Below the pieces are notes generated by a model. It ran no database searches. It saw only the letters and a program-made list of their open reading frames with translations, and was not told the origin of the DNA. From a bacterium (GTDB lineage: Bacteria; Patescibacteriota; Patescibacteriia; SG8-24), in NCBI GenBank assembly GCA_021824285.1, contig JAKAKZ010000003.1, positions 571-64,570 on the forward strand: DNA of 64,000 nucleotides, in the 5' to 3' direction. Shown here piece after piece: positions 42,031 to 50,637 of the stretch. Within the stretch, counting starts at the first letter, position 1; each line of letters opens with the position of its first letter. A program made the translations under genes and the position numbers.

Positions 42031-44037
42031 ATGCTGCTGCTCATGGCCATTTTGCCGTCCGCGGCATGGGCGCAGGAGCGTCAGCCGAACGATCCGCTTT
42101 ACGGCGAGCAATGGTATCTGCACAAGATCGCCGCGGCGCAGGCTTGGGGCAGCACACTCGGTTTCGAAGGCGTGACGGTGGCGGTCATCGATTCCGGCGT
42201 CGACATCGACCATCCGGACCTTAAGGAGAATATCTGGACGAACCGCAACGAGATTCCCGGCAACGGCATCGATGATGACCTGAACGGCTACGTGGATGAC
42301 GTCCACGGCTGGGATTTCGTGGATAACGACAACGATCCGCGGCCGTCGCTCGTGAAGCCCTACAGCGTCATCGGCGCGAGTCACGGCACCGTTACGGCGA
42401 GCCTCATCGCGGCGCGCGGCGACAACGGCCGGGGACTCACGGGCGTGACTTGGCAGACTACGGTCATGCCGCTGCGGGTGCTGGATTCGAGCGGCGAGGG
42501 CAACTCGATGAGCGTGGTCCGCGCCGTCGAGTATGCGGTGAAGAACGGCGCCAAAGTGATTAACCTGGGCTTCGTCGGCGACGTCGGCGGCGATCTGCTG
42601 CGGATTGCCCTGCGCCGCGCCTATGACGCCGGCGTGACGGTCGTGGCCGCGGCCGGCAATGCCCCGGAGGGCGGGGTGGCCACCGACCTGGATGCGACAC
42701 CGCTTTATCCGGTCTGCTTCGACGCCAACGCAACCGACGATTTCGTGATCGGCGTCGCCGCCACGGACGAGTTCGACACCCTGACCGATTTCTCCAACTA
42801 CGGCGCCAAATGCGTGGACGTCTCCGCGCCCGGCAGCCGCATCTTGGCCGCCAAGCCCTACCGGCCGGAGAATCCGGACTTCAACAAGCTGTACGGCGGC
42901 TACTACAGCGGCACATCGGTGGCAACGCCCCTGGTTTCCGGCGCGGCCGCGTTGCTCCTCTCCATGAATCCGCGCCTGACCCCCGCGCAGATCCTGGCGC
43001 TCTTGGGTTCGACGGCGGCCAAGGTCACGGCCCCACGGACCGGCGCGGCCGGACGGGGACGCCTGGATGTCGGGGCGGCCGTGAGAGCACTCGAGGAACA
43101 GTTGGCCTCCAGGGCCCCGATGCAGTCCGCCGCTCCGGCAGCTGTACCCGGAGGCAAGATGATCGCGGTGGCGGCCGGTCCAGGCCGCGCGCCGGACATT
43201 CGGCTGTTTACCGCTGAAGGCCTGTTCATCCGCGAGTTCGCCGCTTTCCCGAAAGAGTTCCGGGGTGGCATTTCCCTGTCGGCCGGTGACTTGGACGGCA
43301 GCGGTTCTTATCAGTTGGCTGCCGGCGCCGGACCGGGCGGCCTGCCGCAAGTGCGGATTTTCGACCGAAACGGCAGCGAGTCCGGCACCTTTTTGGCCTT
43401 CGATTCCGGTTTCCGCGGCGGCGTCTCCGTGGCGGTGGGCGACGTCCAGGGCAAGGGACGTGCGGCAATCGTGGCCGCGGCCGGGCCGGGCGGCGGACCG
43501 CACGTGCGTATTTTCGACGCGCGCGGCGTGCCAATCGGCGGAGGATTCTTCGCCTTCGACAAGGGGTTCCGCGGCGGCCTGTCAGTGGGTGTGGGCGATC
43601 TGAACGGCGACGGCAAGGCGGAGATAGCCGCCGTCTCCGGAGCCGGTATGCCGGTCACGGTCCGGACTTTCGACCTGCGCGGCAATCTGCTCGGTTCGTT
43701 CCAGCCTTTCGGCAGCCGTGAACGGCGCGGCGCCAGGATTTCGGTTCAGGATATAGACGGCGACGGGACCGCCGAACTGCTCGTGACGCTCGGCGTCAAG
43801 AACGCCAAGCCGGTCGCATTCACGTCCGCCGGCCGCCGCCTCGGGGAATTCGACGGCGCCAAAGCGCTGTTTGCGGACAGCCGAAAATGGTCCTCCGGCA
43901 CGCCTGACGCCCTGACTTGGACCGCGGCCGGCAGCCCGCCAGCCGTGACCGTCTTTTCCTCGTCCGCGGCGCCGCTTCAGTTCCAGGCTTTCGAGAAGAA
44001 GTTCGCCGGCGGCGTGACGGCCGCGGTGCTGAAATGA
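42031..44037 (+). CDS. secreted subtilisin-like S8 serine peptidase with C-terminal FG-GAP repeats
   Basis: Signal peptide [16 protein letters not shown]. Catalytic triad motifs [13 protein letters not shown] (Asp), [12 protein letters not shown] (His) and [16 protein letters not shown] (Ser). The C-terminus has 5-6 repeats such as [27 protein letters not shown]. An alternative ATG lies at ~41947. Confidence 0.8.
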   Translation: [668 protein letters not shown]

Positions 44038-44044
44038 ATTCCAT

Positions 44045-44500
44045 ATGGGAGCCTGGTTTGGGCGACGGCGGAGCGACGGCACGCGGCTGTTCGGCCGCAG
44101 CGGTCGTCAGTTTCTGAAATTTTCCATAGTCGGAGCGGGCAATACGGTGCTGGATTTCGGCATCTACGTCGGCCTGACGCGCCTGACCGGCTTCTGGCGC
44201 GGGCATTACGTCTTGGCGGCCTGCGTCTCCTTCGCCTGCGCGGTGCTGTCGAGCTACCTCGTCAATACCTATTGGACGTTCCGTCAGCAGGGGACGGACC
44301 TGCGCCGCGCCGCCAAATTCTTCGCGGTCGCCACGGCCGGCCTCGGCTGGAACGCACTGATTATCTGGGGGGCCGTCCGGCTCGGGGCGTATGACCTCGC
44401 GGCCAAGGTCCTGGCGACGGGCGCGGTCCTGATCTGGAATTTTCTCCTGCAGAAACATTGGACGTTCCGGCCCGCCGCGCAGCCGGCGGAAATGGTATAA
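44045..44500 (+). CDS. GtrA-family membrane protein (polyprenyl-P-sugar translocase-like)
   Basis: FLKFSIVGAGNTVLDFGIYVGL...LIWNFLLQKHWTF. Four TM helices, typical GtrA-like. Confidence 0.7.
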   Translation: MGAWFGRRRSDGTRLFGRSGRQFLKFSIVGAGNTVLDFGIYVGLTRLTGFWRGHYVLAACVSFACAVLSSYLVNTYWTFRQQGTDLRRAAKFFAVATAGLGWNALIIWGAVRLGAYDLAAKVLATGAVLIWNFLLQKHWTFRPAAQPAEMV

Positions 44501-44502
44501 TA
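44493..44502 (+). promoter_or_regulatory. extended -10 TGGTATAAT
   Basis: aaaTGGTATAATatatagg, 29 nt upstream of the ATG at 44531. Confidence 0.4.
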
Positions 44503-44530
44503 TATAGGTAGACGAGAGCTTCTTATCCCT

Positions 44531-45565
44531 ATGGCCGCAGATCCCATTTTCGAGAAGAAAAACGTGCTGGTGACCGGCGGGGCCGGCTTCATCGGCTCAT
44601 TCCTGTGCGAGCGGCTGCTCAAGGACGCCCGCGTCATTTGCGTGGACAATTTCTCGACCTCCGCCCCGGCCAACATCGAGCTGCTGCTCAAGAACCCGGA
44701 TTTCGAGCTGCTGAAGATGGACATCGCCCAGCCGTTGGACCTCGAGAATTACGCCGAGCTGGAACGCTTCAAGATCAAGTTCCAGGGCATTCAGGAGATC
44801 TATCATCTCGCCTGTCCGACCTCGGCCAAGGATTTCGACAAGTTCCGCTATGCGACGCTCCTGGCCAATTCCGTCGGCCTGCGTAACGTGCTCGACCTGA
44901 CGGTCAAGTACAAGGCGCGGTTCTTCCATGCCTCCACATCGGTCATCTACGGACCGCGTCCGACCGACGGCCACCTGTTCAAGGAGGCGGAGTTCGGCGT
45001 CATGGACCACCTCTCGCCGCGCGCCTGCTACGACGAGGGCAAGCGCTGGGCCGAGACCATGGTCCAGACGTTCAAGAACATCTTCGGCATCGATGCCCGC
45101 ATCGCCCGCATTTTCCGAACTTTCGGGCCGCGCATGCCGCTCAATGACGGTCAGATGATTCCGGATTTCATCCTGGACGCGCTCGACGGCAAGGACCTGA
45201 CGATTTTCGGCGGTCAGGAATTCCGCACCTCGCTGGTCTATGTCACGGACGTGGTGGACGGCATCCTGCGGCTCATGGCGCTCGGCCGTGATCCCGGACC
45301 GGTGAATATCGGCAGCGACTATGATGTCCGACTTTCCGACGTGGCCAAACGCATCATTGAACTGACGGGATCGAAATCGCAGATCAAGTACGAGCAGCCC
45401 CTCCTGTTCATGAGTCAGCTCGGGTTGCCGGACCTGACCAAGGCCAAGGATGAGCTGGGCTGGTTCCCGCTGGTCTCGCTGGAGCAGGGACTCAAGAAGT
45501 CAATCGAGTACACGGTGGCGCATCGCGGTCTGCTGCAGCCGAGCTTTCGGCCGAACGGGTCCTGA
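44531..45565 (+). CDS. UDP-glucuronate decarboxylase (UDP-xylose synthase)-like SDR
   Basis: GGAGFIGSFLCERLL Rossmann motif, STSVIYG and an intact YDEGKRWAETM (YxxxK). Strong overall similarity to the UXS family. Confidence 0.75.
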   Translation: MAADPIFEKKNVLVTGGAGFIGSFLCERLLKDARVICVDNFSTSAPANIELLLKNPDFELLKMDIAQPLDLENYAELERFKIKFQGIQEIYHLACPTSAKDFDKFRYATLLANSVGLRNVLDLTVKYKARFFHASTSVIYGPRPTDGHLFKEAEFGVMDHLSPRACYDEGKRWAETMVQTFKNIFGIDARIARIFRTFGPRMPLNDGQMIPDFILDALDGKDLTIFGGQEFRTSLVYVTDVVDGILRLMALGRDPGPVNIGSDYDVRLSDVAKRIIELTGSKSQIKYEQPLLFMSQLGLPDLTKAKDELGWFPLVSLEQGLKKSIEYTVAHRGLLQPSFRPNGS

Positions 45566-45603
45566 CGGCCATTGGCCAGTTCATTTTATACTGACGTTAA
45601 GGA

Positions 45604-45631
45604 GAAAACCGCGCCGTCAGGCGCGGTTTTA
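45604..45631 (+). terminator. terminator between UXS paralogs
   Basis: aaccgcgcc-gtcag-gcgcggtt followed by tttt. Confidence 0.55.
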
Positions 45632-45749
45632 GCGTCCGCAGTCCGGTCCGCGAGCGCGTTCTTCGCTTAAGCTTGAAGTTAAGCGCTGTCCAGCCTATAA
45701 TAAGCGAAGGTTTACCGACGCGAATCAACGCGTATTTTCCGCATGTCTT

Positions 45750-46775
45750 ATGGCTGACCGGCCGCAAATCGGCAAGAAAAACATCATCGTCACCGGCGGG
45801 GCCGGATTCATCGGCTCCTTCCTCTGTGAGAAGCTGCTCAAGGAGGCGCGCGTCATCTGCATCGACGACTTCAGCACCTCGTCCGTGGCCAATATCGAGC
45901 ATCTGCTCAAGAACCCTGATTTCGAGCTGCTGCGGCACGATCTCGCCGAACCGCTGGACCTGCTGGCCCAGCCCGAGCTGGAGCGGTTCAAGATCGCCGC
46001 CTTGGGCGTCCAGGAAATCTACCATCTGGCCTGCCCGATGGTGGTGAAAAGCTTCATGGAAGAGCGCGAGCGCATCCTCGACGCCAATTCGGTGGTGATG
46101 CGCAACGTGCTCAAGCTGGCCGCCAAGTACCGCGCCAAATTCCTGCTGTCCTCCTCGTCCGTGGTCTATGGCGCGCGCCCTTCCGACCGCCACCAGTGCC
46201 GGGAAGAGGACGCGCACGCGGTCAGCCATCTGACTTCGCGCGCCTGCTATGACGAGGGCCGGCGCTGGTCCGAGACCATGGCCTTCACCTATAAGGAACT
46301 GCACGGCCTCGACATCCGCATCGCCCGCGTCTTCCGCACCTTCGGGCCGCGCATGCCGCTCGATGACGGGCACATGATTCCGGATTTCGTCAGAGCCGCG
46401 CTCGACGGCCGCGACGTGGTGGTGCATGGGGACGCAAAATTCCGTTCCTCCTTCTGTTACGTCACCGACGTGGTGGACGGGCTCGTCCGGCTGATGGGCC
46501 TGAACGCGGACCCCGGGCCGGTCAACCTCGGCAGCGACGAGGATTTCACGGTCAGCGACGTGGCCAAGCACATCGTCCGCCTGCTGGGCTCGGAATCGAA
46601 GATCGTCAGCGGTCCGCCGCTCGTCTTCCTGAGCGAGCTGGGCATTCCGGACCTGACCAGGGCGAAAGAGGCCCTGGGCTGGTTTCCGATCGTGCCGTTT
46701 TTGCAGGGGCTCAAGAAGACCATCGAATACTCATTGAGCGCGCGCGGGGAGGTGCGGCCGCTCAACGATGTCTGA
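45750..46775 (+). CDS. UXS-like SDR paralog with YxxxK Lys replaced by Arg (YDEGRRWSETM)
   Basis: ~55% identical to the 44531 gene. GGAGFIGSFLCEKLL and SSSVVYG are conserved, but the catalytic-dyad Lys position is Arg. It may be a variant or inactive enzyme. Confidence 0.65.
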   Translation: MADRPQIGKKNIIVTGGAGFIGSFLCEKLLKEARVICIDDFSTSSVANIEHLLKNPDFELLRHDLAEPLDLLAQPELERFKIAALGVQEIYHLACPMVVKSFMEERERILDANSVVMRNVLKLAAKYRAKFLLSSSSVVYGARPSDRHQCREEDAHAVSHLTSRACYDEGRRWSETMAFTYKELHGLDIRIARVFRTFGPRMPLDDGHMIPDFVRAALDGRDVVVHGDAKFRSSFCYVTDVVDGLVRLMGLNADPGPVNLGSDEDFTVSDVAKHIVRLLGSESKIVSGPPLVFLSELGIPDLTRAKEALGWFPIVPFLQGLKKTIEYSLSARGEVRPLNDV

Positions 46776-47445
46776 TATGAAGACGACGGTCGTCGTACCG
46801 GCGTTCAACGAGGCCCGGACAGTCGGCGGCGTGGTCCGCGGGCTGCGGCCGGTCTGCGGTCAGGTCATCGTCGTGGATGACGGGTCTTCAGACGGGACGG
46901 CTGCCGCGGCCGCTGCGGCGGGCGCGACGGTCCTGCGCCACGGGCTGAATCGCGGCCTGGGCGCGGCGCTCGGCACTGGCATTACGGCCGCGGTCCGGAG
47001 CGGTGCCGATATCGTGGTGACCTTCGACGCCGACGGCCAGCATAAGCCGGAAGACGTGTCCCGCATGGTGGAGCCCATTGCCGCCGGACGCGCCGACGCG
47101 GTGATCGGCAGCCGCCTGCTCGACCGGCGCAAGATGCCGCTGACGCGGCGGCTCGCCAACTGGATCGGCAACGCCCTGACTTGGTCGCTGTTCGGCCTGT
47201 GGGTCTCGGACAGTCAGTCCGGACTGCGCGCCTTCTCCCGCCAAGCCGCGACGGAGCTGGAGATCCGCACTGACCGCATGGAGGTCTCGTCAGAGATCGT
47301 CAAGGAAGTGCGGCGGCACGGCTGGCGGCTGGCGGAAACGCCCATCGAGCCGGTCTACACCGAGTATTCGCTGTCCAAGGGCCAGGGTTTTCTCGTCGGC
47401 CTGAAGACCGCCGGCAGGCTGGTCCTGCGGCGGCTCATGGGCTAG
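46768..47445 (+). CDS. GT2 family polyprenyl-phosphate glycosyltransferase (ArnC/GtrB/DPM1-like)
   Basis: TTVVVPAFNEARTV...VIVVDDGSSDGT...FDADGQHKP are DxD-type GT2 motifs, ~225 aa. Overlaps the upstream stop by 8 nt. Confidence 0.75.
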   Translation: MSDMKTTVVVPAFNEARTVGGVVRGLRPVCGQVIVVDDGSSDGTAAAAAAAGATVLRHGLNRGLGAALGTGITAAVRSGADIVVTFDADGQHKPEDVSRMVEPIAAGRADAVIGSRLLDRRKMPLTRRLANWIGNALTWSLFGLWVSDSQSGLRAFSRQAATELEIRTDRMEVSSEIVKEVRRHGWRLAETPIEPVYTEYSLSKGQGFLVGLKTAGRLVLRRLMG

Positions 47446-47451
47446 CGGACC

Positions 47452-47568
47452 GAGTTGAGAGTTAAAAGTTATTGTCCAAAACTTTCAACTTTTCCCGCCG
47501 TTGGCGGGACCCCGCCCCCTTTGACTAAAAATGAGTGGCGGGGAAACTTTCAACTTTCAACCATCGGA
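47452..47568. repeat. MITE-like element copy B (62-nt core 47486-47547 with inverted AGTTGA-type flanks)
   Basis: The core differs from copy A (12755-12816) at 2-3 positions. Flanks are gagttgagagttaaaagtt...aaactttcaac / tttcaactttcaacc. Confidence 0.6.
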
Positions 47569-47573
47569 TAGAT

Positions 47574-47918
47574 ATGACGGTTATCCAACTCCTAATCATC
47601 GCCTTCGCCCTGTTCGCGATCTCACGGACCGTCTTGCGGCTGCGCGACGGTTCCGTGGCCCTGGGCTGGGGAGTCTTTTGGCTGGTATTTTGGGGGGCGG
47701 TCACGGTGGTGACGGTCCTGCCGCAGACGGCTTCGGCCTTCGCCGCGCTTCTGGGCGTCGGCCGCGGCGCGGACGCGGTCATGTACCTGGCGCTTGTCGT
47801 CCTATACTATGTGGTGTTCCGCATCTTCGTGCGGTTGGAGAAGATCGAGCACGACATCACGCGTCTGGTACGCGACCGCGCCCTCAGCGACCTGCCGGAA
47901 AAGGAGGACCACCGCTGA
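47574..47918 (+). CDS. DUF2304-family small membrane protein
   Basis: MTVIQLLIIAFALFAISRTVLRLRDG, three TM helices. This family is often encoded next to GT2 genes. Confidence 0.55.
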   Translation: MTVIQLLIIAFALFAISRTVLRLRDGSVALGWGVFWLVFWGAVTVVTVLPQTASAFAALLGVGRGADAVMYLALVVLYYVVFRIFVRLEKIEHDITRLVRDRALSDLPEKEDHR

Positions 47919-47919
47919 T

Positions 47920-48231
47920 ATGTCCGCCATTCCGGAAAAGCCCACGCTGGCCGATTGGCAGCGTGTGATCAAGGAGACGGTCGCGGAAAAGCATTGGGCG
48001 GTCGATCCGAACGAGGTGTTCGTGCTGTTCGCCGAGGAGGTGGGGGAGCTGGCCAAGGAGCTGCGCAAAAAATGGAAGTTCGGCACGGCCGGAACGCAGG
48101 AGTCGGCGGCCGGCGAGCTTGCCGACGTCTTCATGTACCTGGCCGATCTGGCCAACCACTTTGAGGTCGACCTGGAGTCCGCGATCAGGCGGAAGATGGA
48201 GAAGAACGAGGGACGGACATGGGAGTTCTAA
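47920..48231 (+). CDS. MazG-like nucleotide pyrophosphohydrolase
   Basis: VFVLFAEEVGELAKELRK...ELADVFMYLADLANHF is the MazG EExxE/ExxD helical fold. The start overlaps the upstream stop (tgATATG). Confidence 0.6.
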   Translation: MSAIPEKPTLADWQRVIKETVAEKHWAVDPNEVFVLFAEEVGELAKELRKKWKFGTAGTQESAAGELADVFMYLADLANHFEVDLESAIRRKMEKNEGRTWEF

Positions 48232-48270
48232 TGGCGGCATGCGGCTAAGCGCACAGTTCAGATTTTCAGC

Positions 48271-49416
48271 ATGAACAAAAGAATCGCCATCGTCACACCG
48301 ACTTTCCCGCCCTATCGCGGCGGTATCGGTCGGGTTGCGGAAATGGACGCGGTCCAGCTCGCGGAGCTCGGCTATGTTGTTAACGTCTACGCGCCGAACC
48401 GCTCCGCTGTCGCGGCTCCTGGCGCACCCTTCGTGCTGCGCCGCCTGCCGGCCTGGTTCCGCATCGGCAATGCCGCCTTCACGCCGGCGGTCGGTCGGCT
48501 GCTCCACGAGAATGACGCGGTCATCCTGCATTACCCTTTCTACGGCGGCGCCGAGTTCTGCCTGCGCCGCGGCGCGGGACAGGGGAAGCTGCTTGTCACA
48601 TATCACATGGACACGGTCGGACGGGGGCTCAAGAGCGCCTTCTTCCGTTTCCATCGCGCCCTGGTGCTGCCGCGGCTCATCGCGGCGGCCGATAAGGTCA
48701 TCGTCACCTCCACGGACTATGCGCGCACCGGTTACCTCAAGCCGTTCATCGACAAGGTGCCGGAAAAATTCACGGAATTGCCGCCGTCCGTGGATATTCG
48801 GCGGTTCCGTCCCGGACCAAAGTCGGCTGGCCTGCTGACGCATCACGGTATCGCCAACGGCCGGCGCGTGATTGTGTTCTTAGGTGGCCTCGATAAGGCC
48901 CACTACTTCAAAGGCGTGAGCCGGCTGATCCTCGCCATGACCTCGCGCGCTTTGAGCGATGCCTGCCTGGTCATCGTCGGCGAAGGTTCGGAGCGCCGCG
49001 AGTTCCGCGCTTACGCCGACCGGCTGGGTCTCGGCAGCCGGGTCATCTTTGCTGGCGGCGTGGGCGACGAGGAGCTGCCAGCCTACCTGCGCTTGGGTGA
49101 TGTCTTCGCCTTCCCGTCGATTGACCGGTCCGAAGCTTTCGGCATCGCGGCTCTGGAGGCGCTCGCGAGCGGCATACCAGTCGTGGCGTCTGACCTGCCA
49201 GGCGTGCGCACCATCGTGCGCGACGAGGTGACCGGCTACCTGTCCGTGCCCGGCAGCGCCGCCTCCGTGTCCATGAGATTGGCCGCCCTGCTCGGCGATG
49301 AGGCGATACGGCGGCGCATGGGACAGGCCGGCCGCGAGCTGGCGACGAAAGGCTATTCCGACGAGGCGCGCCGCGAACGCTGGCGCGCCATCATGGGGGA
49401 AACCATCGGCACATGA
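48271..49416 (+). CDS. GT4 family glycosyltransferase
   Basis: MNKRIAIVTPTFPPYRGGIGRV... and C-terminal EAFGIAALEALASGIPVVASDLPGVRTIVRDEVTG. Confidence 0.8.
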   Translation: MNKRIAIVTPTFPPYRGGIGRVAEMDAVQLAELGYVVNVYAPNRSAVAAPGAPFVLRRLPAWFRIGNAAFTPAVGRLLHENDAVILHYPFYGGAEFCLRRGAGQGKLLVTYHMDTVGRGLKSAFFRFHRALVLPRLIAAADKVIVTSTDYARTGYLKPFIDKVPEKFTELPPSVDIRRFRPGPKSAGLLTHHGIANGRRVIVFLGGLDKAHYFKGVSRLILAMTSRALSDACLVIVGEGSERREFRAYADRLGLGSRVIFAGGVGDEELPAYLRLGDVFAFPSIDRSEAFGIAALEALASGIPVVASDLPGVRTIVRDEVTGYLSVPGSAASVSMRLAALLGDEAIRRRMGQAGRELATKGYSDEARRERWRAIMGETIGT

Positions 49417-50630
49417 GAATCTGCCTGATCAACAACCTGTACGGCGCGGCTGCGCGCGGCGGAGCCGAAAGGATCGTCGAGCTGGAAGCCGAGGCACTGG
49501 CTGCCCGCGGTCACGCCGTTTCGGTCGTGAGCGCCGTGCGTCCGGTCGACCTGCCGGGGGCAGTCTGCTCGCCGGACGGCTGCGGCCCGGCGGCGACCGA
49601 CCCGCGGGCCGGACGCGTGACGCACCGGCCTTTCGTGGCGCCCAACCTCTTCCCGTACTCGGAGCTCGGGCGGCACGGTCTGATGGCGCGTTTTATCTGG
49701 CATCTGCGGGACATGTTCAATTTTGCCGCAGCCCGACGGCTCGGCCGCCTGCTCGACGAGCTGCGGCCGGACGTCGTGCACACCCATAACCTGATGGGCG
49801 TCGGTTTCCTGACGCCGGCGCTGCTGCGACGCCGCAAGATCCGGCATGTGCATACGGTCCATGACGTGCAGCTGCTGCACCCATCGGGCCTCATGAGTCC
49901 GGCGGCGGCCGCGCATCCTTCGCCGGCAGCCCGCATCTATGAGCGGCTCATGGCCGCGCTCATGGGTTCGCCGGCGGTCGTGTTCTATCCCTCCGACTTC
50001 CTTTGTTCTCTGCATCAGACGGCGTGTTTTTTTCCGGATTCGCGGAAAACGGTCTTGCGCAATCCGGCTGCCCCGGCCAGCGATATTTCGCGACCGGTCC
50101 CTGCGGCCCGGAAATTGCTTTTTGTCGGCCAGTTGGAGCCGCACAAGGGGATTGGAACGGTCCTTGCGGCCTGGCGTCAAGCCGCACCGCCGGATGCCTT
50201 TTTGTCGGTCATTGGAAACGGTTCGCTTGCTGCGACGCTGCGGGCCGCGGCCGCCGATCTGCCGGCCGTCCGGTTCCTCGGACGATTGTCGTCGGCTGAA
50301 GTAGCACGGGAAATGGCCGATGCCTATGGCCTGCTGTTCGCGTCCGAAATCGTGGAAAATTCCCCGACCGTGATCCTGGAGGCCTTCAGTTCCGGATTGC
50401 CGACCATCGCCACGGCCGTCGGCGGCGTGCCAGAATTGGTGCGGGACGGACGGAACGGGTTATTGTTCCCGCCAGGAGATGCCGTCGTTTTGGCCATGAA
50501 AATAAGAGAACTGACGGACTTGCCGGCCAGCGCCTGGGAAGGGATGTCTGCGGCTGCCCGGGAGTCGTCGCGGCTCCATGACCCTGCTCGCCACATCGAG
50601 GTTTTGGAGGAGGCCTACCGCAGCGCCTGA
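49413..50630 (+). CDS. GT4 family glycosyltransferase
   Basis: MRICLINNLYGAAARGGAERIV... and C-terminal ENSPTVILEAFSSGLPTIATAVGGVPELVRDGRNG. A 4-nt start/stop overlap with the upstream gene. Confidence 0.8.
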   Translation: MRICLINNLYGAAARGGAERIVELEAEALAARGHAVSVVSAVRPVDLPGAVCSPDGCGPAATDPRAGRVTHRPFVAPNLFPYSELGRHGLMARFIWHLRDMFNFAAARRLGRLLDELRPDVVHTHNLMGVGFLTPALLRRRKIRHVHTVHDVQLLHPSGLMSPAAAAHPSPAARIYERLMAALMGSPAVVFYPSDFLCSLHQTACFFPDSRKTVLRNPAAPASDISRPVPAARKLLFVGQLEPHKGIGTVLAAWRQAAPPDAFLSVIGNGSLAATLRAAAADLPAVRFLGRLSSAEVAREMADAYGLLFASEIVENSPTVILEAFSSGLPTIATAVGGVPELVRDGRNGLLFPPGDAVVLAMKIRELTDLPASAWEGMSAAARESSRLHDPARHIEVLEEAYRSA

Positions 50631-50637
50631 AGTAAAG

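Noticed and set aside
47884-48846. 320-aa minus-strand ORF antisense to the GT4 gene 48271-49416 (similar antisense ORFs at 16092-17180, 52312-53538, 52400-53443, 40305-41366, 42013-43503)
   Set aside because: These are antisense high-GC artefacts. The sense strands carry recognisable GT4 motifs or membrane topology, or they lie inside well-supported genes.
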